From the NCBI GenBank assembly GCA_026026165.1, contig JAPEUD010000024.1, positions 248,001 through 290,928 of the forward strand: a stretch of DNA of 42,928 nucleotides, given 5' to 3'. Made by a program: the position numbers and the translations under genes. Source of the DNA: Sarea resinae (taxonomy: Eukaryota). Under the pieces are notes generated by a model. That model was not told the DNA's origin, searched no databases, and saw nothing but the letters and a program-made list of their open reading frames with translations. Below, piece by piece: positions 33,340 to 42,928 of the stretch (position 1 is the stretch's first letter; each line of letters starts with the position of its first letter).

Positions 33340-36212
33340 CTAAGGAGCCAATGCCTCCCCGACCCAGTCCATCTGGATGGCGCTGACCCCCCTAGCGTAA
33401 CTCTTGTTCGTAAATACAAACTCATTATACATGATTGCCTCGACTTTGCGCCCAAAAAGCCCGCTCGAAGGATGAATGGCTACCGTCTGGTTGCCTATGA
33501 TTGTCCGATAGCTGCCGTCCGGGACCAGACGAGCGGTATTGGCCGCGAAGCCCTTCAAGAAGCATCGCAGGATGAGGCTGGCTCGTTCGGGCGTCGTTGC
33601 GGGCGATTGATCGTCGAAGGCGTCGCCCAGCTTCAACTGGCGGCATTGAGCCCGAAGTTGTTTTCGGACGTCCTGTGGAGCTGTTAGCGACCTTCGCCGA
33701 TATATATGCAGAAAGTACTCACCATCACAGCTTGCATGGCCCGGTGCGAGACGAAATGTTTTGTAGCCCACGACTTCCTGTCCGACTTTTCCCCTTCATA
33801 GGCCTGCACAGTCGCGAGAAGAGTGAGATGGTCGCCTTCTCTGCGGAACAAGTCTCGTCTCGCCGCCTCTGCCTCCTCTTTCTTCTCCTCCGACGTAAGA
33901 TTGAGGAAGAGATTCTCGACGCTAAGAGCAGAGATGATATCGATCGTCTCCTGCAAGCAATCCATATCCGGCTCCGCCGCCGCCAGCAGAACGCGGCCTA
34001 GATGAGGGGTCAAGGGGAGCTTAGCAATGCGAAGGCCTATCTCGCTGATCTGGCCATCATCTGCGAGTGCGCCAAGCTGATAGAGCTGTAGCAAGGCCTT
34101 CTCAAGTGCCTCTCGTGGGGGACGATCGAGGAATGGGAATCCTAAGATATCATCCACGCCTCTGGCCTTCATTGTCAAGATGGCTTGACTGAGATCACAT
34201 CGCAGAATCTCAGGGGTGTTTGCCTGCTGCAGCTTGAGGTAATCTGGCTCGGTATACAGCCTATAGCAATGTCCGGGAGCTTCTCGTCCAGCACGTCCCT
34301 TTCTCTGAATAGCGGCTGATTTCGACACCGGCTTCACCAATAGCGAGTCAAGTCCGAGACGATTGCGGAATTGTTTGATCTTGACCTTTCCGCAGTCCAC
34401 GACATGGCGGACTCCGGAGACGGTCACGGATGTTTCGGCGATATTTGTAGCCAGTATGATTTTTCTAGTCTTGGGTGGGGCAGGCTGGAAGACTCTCTGT
34501 TGAGCGGCTTGAGGTAATGCAGCGAATAACGGGAGTACGAGAATCTATAGAGCATTAATACGCTATCAAAGTGCTCAAGGAAAAAAAGACCCGCGTACCT
34601 TGGGAACATCCCTAGCCATTCCGACGGCGTAATCATTCACAAGCTTTTCAAGACTCTCGACCGTGTCTTGTCCGGTAAGGAACACCAGAATGTCACCTGG
34701 CAGAGGCTCTTTATAGTGTATCTGGAATATTGTGCGCAATGATGCGTCAACAAAATCTTGTACTGGTTCTGGAGCGTAGAAAACCTTGACCGGAAACTGT
34801 CGGCCTTCAATAAAGCAAACAGAGACATGATCAGATTCTAGATCAGAGGGGTCGATGAAATTTGATTTTTCCAATGCCTGCGCTTCTTTTTGGTTGGATT
34901 GAGCTGAGGCTACCGCGTTCGGTGGCTCTATTTCTGGTACTTTTCCAATTCTATCGATCTTTGCTTTCTTTTTTTCCGGTTTATATGGAGCAGGATGAGT
35001 CGCCCAGAATTCGTTCTGGGTACCTTTGCCCTCAAACTTGTTCGCGAGCGCGGGAGAAACTCCATTGGTGAGGGGCTTTTCCGTTCCCTGCTTCGAACCT
35101 TCATCGTCTGAGATCCCAGACCATTCTGAGCCGTCGTCTTCGTCACTCTCCTCCTTGGTCTCCGGTTCTGGATTCTTTGTGCCGTTCGACAAGTCTTTTG
35201 TTTTTATCTTCTCCCCAACAACCCCATTGATAGGCACAGTTTCTTTCGAGCCAAACCCTGAGTCAAAAAACTTTAACAAGCCCTCCATATCTGCAGTAGC
35301 GCTCATGACGCCGACCTTCAGAGGTATACCTCCTCTTCCTTCCTTTTTCCCGGTAACAATGTTTCTCAGGAACCCAGTCACTAGATCTACATTGACGCCT
35401 CTTTCGTGAATTTCATCCACAATCACAGCACTATATTGCCGCAGCCATGGATCCCGTAGAAGTTCCTGAAGAAGCATACCCTCTGTGAGAAACTTGATTC
35501 GCGTACTAGGTGATGTCGAGTTATCGAATCGCACAGAGTACCCGACTTTACTCGCGGGAGATGCTGAGCCCAGCGGAGTGCCCATCTCGTCCGCCACACG
35601 TCGCGCCAAAGAGATGGCCGCTACTCTTCGCGGCTGCGTAATGGCTATGCACCCACCAACGGAGATATTCTCAAAGCCTCCGGATTGCCCCTTGGGAATT
35701 CTCGCCGTCTGCCGCTGGCACCAGGTCGTGTCGAGCAGGAATTGAGGCACTTGCGTACTTTTCCCGCTTCCCGTCTCTCCGACTAATAGCAACACATCCT
35801 TGTCCGTCAAGCCTTGTCGAATTTCCTCGCGATGTTCCCATATCGGCAGTGTTATTCGTACGTTGTGAAGTGCCCTTGCTTTCTCCTTCAAGTGGCCCAT
35901 GGGTGTGCCATTTGACTGGTTGTGCCCCGCCAGCGAGCCTCGTCTGTCTGCCGGAGATGAGATAGGGTGTCTCGAAACGCCATTCTGCAGACCGGAGGAT
36001 CCCAATGATGCGGAATTATTCGACAGCTGTCCTGGGCTCTTTGAGGTTCCATTGATATGGCCGTTCAGTGGCTTTCCCTCTTGCCTGCTCGCGCCATGCG
36101 ATTCCCTTTTGCGCTTCTGGCCATGTCCCGGAGATGTTGCCCAGCTATTCGAATCGCGCCTGGAATCAGAGCCTGGAGAGAGTTTCGAGTTTTGACCCAT
36201 AGTCACAGGCAT
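33340..36212 (-). CDS. DHR2: DEAH-box RNA helicase of ribosome biogenesis (DHR2/DHX33-like); exons 36212-34599, 34544-33723, 33672-33340
   Basis: [56 protein letters not shown], plus HA2 and OB regions. Orthologue call from [17 protein letters not shown] and [11 protein letters not shown]. Confidence 0.85.
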
Positions 36213-36465
36213 TATACGCCTTGTCCAACGCCGGCGTCCCTGGCCTGCCTATTCTAATGTTGGTTGATGTGCACCCGGCACTTCTAGGAAATTATTTTGG
36301 CGAAGAACGAAATACGAACTAGAAAGTATCCCTGGACCGAGCAACGGGAGTTCCCGCCATGAGCTCATCATCCTCGTCCGGCGTCGATTTATTTAGATCC
36401 TCCAGCTCATAAGAAATATAATATCTTCAGCTCTTCATATCCACTTACACACCTATATACACATA

Positions 36466-37002
36466 ATGAAGGTCAGCATAAGATTACCCATGGCCATGCC
36501 CACGGCGGCAGGATCAACGACAGGCCTCCGCGCAGCGCCAATTGCTCTTCTCCCACCAATTCCTCTTTACCGACGGCTACTGCGCGCACATCGACACAAG
36601 CTGCCCCACGAGATGCGACTTCTGGGCGACGAGTACGTGAAGAGCGAGTTTCGGGCGCATCGAGATGTCGAGAATCCTGTTCATATTGTATGCGAGAAGA
36701 ATCCCAGTCCCATCATCTCCGGTCCAAGGCTTCATCTTGCTGATACACATTGCCGAGGCTAGATCGGCTTCTTGACGGAATGGCAATTATATGCGCAACA
36801 GCTCGAAGGCGACGCTTGGCTAGGCGGGAAGCTTGACAAAAGCAAGATCGATAAGATGAGTGGTGCGTACAAGACTGGCGATGGCTTACGTCCTACTCCG
36901 ATCAATTGCTGACGGCTTGCAGACCAGCAATTAGGGCAGCTTTACGAACTGATGCAGGCCATTCGAAAGCAAGAGCTGGAAAGCGATGACTCGGATCGAT
37001 AA
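36466..37002 (+). CDS. SDH7: Succinate dehydrogenase assembly factor 3 (ACN9, LYR family); exons 36466-36687, 36763-36862, 36923-37002
   Basis: [62 protein letters not shown]; head-to-head with DHR2 across 253 bp. Confidence 0.93.
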
Positions 37003-37433
37003 CGATGTTCAGGACCTTAACTTCCATCCTTCCATACTTGTATTCTATTGCTGAAATAAACCGGCTTCGGCGTTCAGACTACCCACTTTGTCATCCGTCT
37101 TCTATTCACATCTCATCACGTGTACAATCTTGTTGGAGAGAAGCGTCACTTTCCAATGTTATCTCTTCACGGCATTATGAGTCTTATATATTGCATGCAG
37201 TTGGCACCAAGGCCATCATGGAAACCGTTTCATCATGTTCATGAATCATCTTACAGAGAACAATAGACCATAACCTTCAAGAGTGAACTACAGATTCAGA
37301 GTTTTCCTATTTTTAATGATATCCAACCTCCAACCGACTTATATCTGCCTCAGGCTCATTTAAATAGCTCTATCCGACTTATCCGTCGGTCAAATCCAGG
37401 GGGTCATACTTCAAGGATTACAAAACATACAAA

Positions 37434-37727
37434 ATGTGCAGAACCATCGGCCATCGCTCTCCCCGCTGCAAGCACACATGGCTCACTATTACACGGCCAT
37501 GCCGGCCAGATCGCAACTTTTCAAACTGTCCGTCCTTTTCCAACAAGCGCGGCCGTCCGCCCCTATCATACGCAAAAGAGACTGACCCTCACTGTCCTAG
37601 GTGCGATCTCAAAGGGAATTACGATATGAATGTGATGAGAGTGATCAAGAAGACGACTTATGGCGTTCGTTTTGGGCTGGGGCCGGGAAGAGACAGCTGG
37701 GGATTCGATTGCTGCGTTGTTTCGTAG
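37434..37727 (+). CDS. Small Cys-rich protein (97 aa) with C-terminal CCVVS CaaX motif
   Basis: Isolated single-exon ORF, strong acaaaATG context, AT-rich element TTTAAATA ~75 bp upstream. Cys at 2, 12, 23, 32, 54, 57, 93, 94, including CxH and CxxC. Confidence 0.65.
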   Translation: MCRTIGHRSPRCKHTWLTITRPCRPDRNFSNCPSFSNKRGRPPLSYAKETDPHCPRCDLKGNYDMNVMRVIKKTTYGVRFGLGPGRDSWGFDCCVVS

Positions 37728-39431
37728 AGGAGAGGCCTGGTGCAGCGAGACCGACCAAGAAAGACCGATTGAAATGTTAGGATACTATTCTACATGCCAT
37801 TTGGTTCCCAACCTCTGGAGGCTATCCAGTTTTTCATATACTAAGCTTGCTCGAGCCAAGACTCCCATATATGCCTGGCTTTCTCTGATTCGTTCTAACC
37901 GGTAGATGTGGTACGCAAGACTTCTCCTATAAATTGGGCTTTTTGAGGAGATTTACGGATGTTCAAGAGTGTCGAAATCGTCCATCAATAAGCAGGCTTT
38001 ATTGCAGACGTTTGATAATCAAGCGTAAGCTAGCGAAGGAGGTTCGGCTTCTGAGCCTTGGTGGTGGCCTTCGTGATGGCAAGTGGCGACCACTCTGGAG
38101 AATTGCATGGCGGCAGGCTAGGTGAAGAAAGATGCAGCATATCGATTTATACGACCTCAGCCGCGTTCAGGTGAAGGCCTTCCCTTCTACGAATCGATAG
38201 AGACACTTTTCAGGTGCAAGTTCAAAAGGCTGCGGAAAGCCGGCTGTCACAATCCCCCCTCATTCACTGTTAGCCTGCCGTTCATCACCAGTCAATACAG
38301 GATTACGATAGATGCATCAGCATCATCGAGTGCGGAAAATCGGTCTCCGGAGGCCTGGAAGTGAATATCTGTATCTAAAAGCATTAAGCCATAGGACAGA
38401 AGAAAAACGTCTGCGTGTTGTCGAATGATAAAAAGCACGTAATTCACCAGTTGCGATATCGGCTACTTTCTGAGGATCGAGGATCAAGTTCTAATGTCTC
38501 AAGGGAGTCCCTGACGCCAATTAATTGCGGAACGTCGGTGTCTTCAATTGACTGTTATTCACTGTTAGCTGCAGGCCGGCTGATCTGATTTGTAGACCGA
38601 TCAAGCTGTCATGATATAGCCTGACACTCTGATTGCGACAGTTCGGCCCAACAAACCTAGAATTCACTGTATGCGTACCAGGATTCTCAAATATAATGAG
38701 AGAAGGTTGTTGCTCATGATTTTGTTTACTAGCTCTTCGAGGTGATCCTTGACCCTGGATACGCTCCACCGCAGTAGGTTGGCGGAGGTCGGCGGGGCGG
38801 GCGTTCATATCGGAAAGGAACATCAATCTCCCGACCCCTCTGAGAATCAAATTGATCAGATTGCCCCGCATCGTCTCTATCTACCGTATCGCTCTTCCTG
38901 CCGCGGGATCATGGACGACAGACACATCAGATAAACCCCAATCGCAACATCAACCCTGCTATCACGCAATCCCCCACCACACCCATCTTCCGGATAAACA
39001 TACCAAAGCAAGCACAATTTCACACAGCACGGCAGACAATGTGCTCCGAACGGGTTCGATGGCGTGCATCACATCAGAGGCGTCAGTCTGATGTGCTTGA
39101 TTGATTGATTGCGGCCCGCCCGATTCCCAGTCTCAGGGGCGGCGAGTGGGAAGGATGCTTGCTTGGCGGGTCCTCTTGTAACACATATATATATTTACCA
39201 ATTTCTCTTCTCTCTTTTCTTTTTCGCATGTAGAGAAGGCTAGATACGAACGAGGAAACGGATGATCCGATCTGTTTTATTTGCCCTCTCCATTATAAGA
39301 TCAATCGATCAAACTGCTCAAGACTTGTCTGCCACGCGCAATCGGTCTTTTCTTTGATAATCTTCGTCCCTTTCGTTAGCTCAATAGCAATTGCGCAATC
39401 GATACCTGCAAGATCCTATCATATCCTCACT

Positions 39432-40839
39432 ATGGCGCCCGCTCTCACATCCGCAGCTCCGACCCCAGCCCACAAGCTCCAACCCACCCCATCTACAAAC
39501 ACCCCCTCCAAAGCCATCTTTCCCGATGGTATCAAAACCTCCGGCCAGCATCCACCCCTCTACGACCTGCTGCGTCCGTACTCCGATTACCCGGGCCAGA
39601 TCACCGGGCCCACTGTCTGGAAACGCGAGGACTATATCAACAACCCGGAGCGCTGGACGCATGTGTTCAGCGATGAGGAATTAGCGGAGCTGAGCGAGAC
39701 TGCAGATAAGTTCCTCAAGGCGGGAACGCCGTTGACGGGGATTTCAAAGGTACAATAAGGCCACCCGTTCGATCTGCAAACCGACTAACGTGAGAGCAGG
39801 ACAATTTTCCCCTCCCGATCCTGGCACCGTTCCTCGAGTCTGTCCGGAACGAGGTGCTCAATGGCAAGGGCTTCATCCTCTTCAAGGGGTTTCCCGTCGA
39901 GAAATGGGGCAACCACAAGTCCGCGGTGGCGTACATGGGGCTCGGGACATATCTGGGATATTTCGTGAGCCAGAACGGAAGGGGCCATGTCCTGGGCCAT
40001 GTCAAAGATCTGGGCGAAGACCCGACGCAGATTGACAAGGTCCGGATCTACAGGACCAACGCGAGGTGAGCTCGTTTTCTGTCTGCCCATCGTCCTAGAT
40101 CTGCGAGATTCCCGGGGAAAGAATGAAGCCTGATGATTTTGTGACAGACAATTTTTCCACGCGGACGACTCGGACATTGTGGGCCTTCTGTGCATTGCGC
40201 GTGCGCTCAAGGGCGGAGAATCCGATCTTGTGTCTGTACACAACGTCTTCAACGTCTTGCAGAAGGAGCGGCCGGACGTGGTCAAGACGCTCACAGAGCC
40301 GATCTGGTATTTCGACCGAAAGGGCGAGACCAGTGAAGGCGAGGAAGAGTTCATTCGAACAAGCGTTTTCTATCTCGAAAAGGGAGAAAACCCACGAGTA
40401 TACTCCAAGTATGCAGAGAATCTCGTCCTGTGTCCCGAACAATGTCGAGAGTAGTACTGACCCGGGTCATCGCAGATGGGACCCCTATTACGTTCGCTCT
40501 CTCACTCGCTTCTCAGACAAAGGCATTATTCCGCCCTTGTCTGAAGCGCAACAGGAAGCCGCTAAGGTGCTCGAGGCGACCTGTCTCCGGCTGGCGCTGC
40601 ACATGATCCTCGAAGTTGGCGACATCCAGTTTGTGACCAACACGCACGTTCTGCATGCGCGGACGGAGTACACGGACCATGCGCCGCCGACTCCCAGGAG
40701 GCATCTGATGAGGTTGTGGTTGGCGACGCCAGAGAGCGAGGGCGGTTGGAAGCTGCCGTTTCATGATAGCGGAGAGAAGAAGAGGGGAGGGATTCAGGTC
40801 AATGATACCAGGCCTGTTGCGCCGTTGGATGCAGAATAG
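39432..40839 (+). CDS. TauD/TfdA (clavaminate synthase-like) Fe(II)/2-oxoglutarate dioxygenase; exons 39432-39749, 39800-40065, 40148-40408, 40476-40839
   Basis: NGKGFILFKG, SQNGRGHVLGHVKD, QFFHADDSD (HxD), GDIQFVTNTHVLHART (distal His), RRHLMRLWL (2OG Arg); three GT-AG introns keep frame. Confidence 0.92.
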
Positions 40840-41302
40840 GGCTGTAGTATCTGAGGGTATTTTGAGAATGCGGAACTGGGAGTAGATCATATCATAGAAT
40901 CAGACTTGCGTGACAAGGAACATTCAGCTCTAGTAAGAGTTGAAAGAGCTTGGAAAAGCATTCTGAAAAGACAACCTCGAAGATGAAATGAAAGTACAGA
41001 TTCGAAGTAAAATCCCCGTTGGGCTATTCTATGGTCTGTTGCGCTTTCATATTTGTGTGCATGGGTGGACATGAGCGATAAGTAGCCGATTCAAAGATTC
41101 TGCCGTGCGCGGACCCCTCACCGCTTTCCCTGCCCCACCACCACCCACGACCCTCTACCACTCGGCCTTCATCCACCGCCGACGCAAGCCTGCATCTCCT
41201 ATATAGATCATTGCATCGCGAGCACTCTATCCGCTCCTATTTCCTATCCCTCTTCCTCCATCCACAAAGAAAACCAGACCCTCCGAATCGCGAAACAAGA
41301 CA

Positions 41303-42196
41303 ATGGGAGACACGCCCAAAGCCAAGGCGCCCAAGCCCCCACCGGGACCCCGCGATCTCTACGCCGGACCGCCTGACGGCCCCGAATCACCGTATCCGAT
41401 CAAGGTGCGCGGGAAAGTGGTCAAGGGATTCGGGCGCGGGAGCAAAGAGGTACGGAACATGCCCCCTTGATGCGAATAAATCCATGCTACCTGTATCTCG
41501 TGGGGCTTTTCTGTCTTTCCTACTACTTTCTCATCAATGCTTCGCTGTTGTACCTTTTACCGCCCAAATCTCCAAAGCTTTGCGTCCCGTCATGGAAAGT
41601 AATGCTGCGAATGGCACATGTAGAGCATATTGAATTACCAGCAAGCTCACGAAATCATCTAGCTCGGATTTCCGACCGCCAACATCCCAATCACGAGTCT
41701 CCTTTCCACGCTCCCAAACGGGATTTACATAGGCTGGGTGGCGCTGGACCTGCGCACCGCGTCATCGTCGTCGTCTCCCTCCATCTCCACCACCAGCACC
41801 ACCACATCGACCACCACTACGCCAGCACTCGAAAAGCAAAAAGCCCTACCCCCGGCTACCTACGAAGCCGTGCTCTCACTTGGCCAGAACCCGTACTATG
41901 ACAACGAGCAGCGCACGTTGGAAGTGCACGTGCCGCACGAGTTCGGCTTCGACTTCTATGGCGCGCGCGTCAACCTGCTGATCCTGGCGTTCGTGCGGCC
42001 CGAGTACGATTACGATAGCTTGGAGGCGCTGAAGGCTGATATTGGCACCGATGTCGAGGTTGCGAGGAGGAGTCTAGCGAGGGAGCCGTATGTGAATGTT
42101 AGGGAGTCGAGTGAGAGGCAGTGGTTGGAGGATTTTGGGTGGGAGCAGGGGGAGGGCGAGGGGGAGGTGGTTGGTGATGGGGGAGAAGGCTTGTGA
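41303..42196 (+). CDS. FMN1: Riboflavin kinase; exons 41303-41449, 41663-42196
   Basis: [65 protein letters not shown]. Confidence 0.93.
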
Positions 42197-42299
42197 GGGA
42201 GAGACAGGAAGAGAGGAGGGGCTAATACTCGGGCTGCCATCCAAGACATAGCTTCGTGGGAAAAGGCCACAGTATTGCGCCCCTCTTATATATCATTGC

Positions 42300-42820
42300 A
42301 GCATCACCACCCATCACCACCCATCGCCATCATCCCATTATCCCATTATCCCATTACCCCATCATCCCACCATCTCAACATCCCAGCATCCCATCATCAC
42401 AACATCATCCCTCCTATCAGCAAACCACCCAGTCCAGACTTAGACTAGATTAAATCACCATCCCACACCATCCCTTCCCCTTCTATCTTCCTGTTCCATC
42501 TCACTCGTTCCAGCGTTCCAGCGTTCTGGCTCCATACCTGCATACCTACATATATGCAGCCAGCAATCCGAAATATCTTTCACCCATCGTGTAGGGTCGT
42601 GCTTCATATGACTCCGGAGTATGCTATGCGTTGCGATGCTTTGTGCTGCTGCTGTATCCAATTGGACGTCTAATAGCTATTTGCCTATTGACCTACCTAT
42701 TTACATACCTAAGCTTACTCTACTCATGAAGCTATTGCCCAGTCTTGGATGGTCTTGGATGGCCTTGGATGGCCTTGGACGGTCTTGGATTGGATTGGAT
42801 TGGATTGGATTAGATTGAAC
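42300..42820. repeat. Degenerate short tandem repeats downstream of FMN1
   Basis: CCATCACCAC and TCCCATTA-type units ~42300-42410; four YCTTGGAYGG decamers then (TTGGA)n at ~42743-42815. Confidence 0.8.
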
Positions 42821-42877
42821 GGGCTTGGTATCGAGGGTTAGTTAGTAGATCCGATCGGGTATGGTTTTCTTGAGGAA

Positions 42878-42909
<32 letters not shown>

Positions 42910-42928
42910 GGGGGGGGGGGGGGGGGGG
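42878..42928. repeat. Terminal poly-G tract
   Basis: 51 nt of G with one A at 42909, running to the end of the window. Confidence 0.9.

Noticed and set aside
41450..41662. FMN or TPP riboswitch, or snoRNA, in the FMN1 intron
   Set aside because: No RFN or THI conserved blocks and no box C/D pair visible.
1..42928. Secondary-metabolite cluster, transposon, telomere, tRNA or rRNA
   Set aside because: No PKS/NRPS/terpene synthase, transposase/RT, terminal repeats, TTAGGG arrays or cloverleaf motifs seen; the dioxygenase and ABM genes sit among housekeeping genes.

Overview
Eukaryotic DNA from a filamentous ascomycete (Pezizomycotina-type genes, short GT-AG introns with CTRAY-like branch sites). 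I can support 15 protein-coding genes, most spliced by hand. In order: partial ABM-barrel protein (+), GUP1 MBOAT (-), ARP4 (+), conserved hypothetical (-), D-serine dehydratase DSD1 (-), NRT2 nitrate transporter (+), APC2 (-), F-box protein (-), C2H2-like finger protein (+, 5' end unresolved), intronless GTPBP1/2-like GTPase (+), stand-alone NIF3/YqfO PII-like protein (+), DHR2 helicase (-), SDH7/ACN9 (+), TauD-family dioxygenase (+) and riboflavin kinase FMN1 (+). A probable 16th gene encodes a 97-aa Cys-rich CaaX protein. I saw no tRNA, rRNA, transposon or CRISPR. The unusual signals are non-coding or subtle. (1) Two mirror-symmetric microsatellite islands with TpA-rich cores sit between convergent genes. 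(2) A shared DSD1/nitrate-transporter promoter carries two perfect TCCGCGGA NirA/NIT4-type sites, with no niaD/niiA nearby. (3) A ~3 kb ORF-poor stretch ahead of the C2H2 gene holds many plus-strand splice signals. (4) The small CaaX protein is uncharacterised. All family calls come from motif recognition, not database searches, and I cannot demonstrate a wholly new system from sequence alone.
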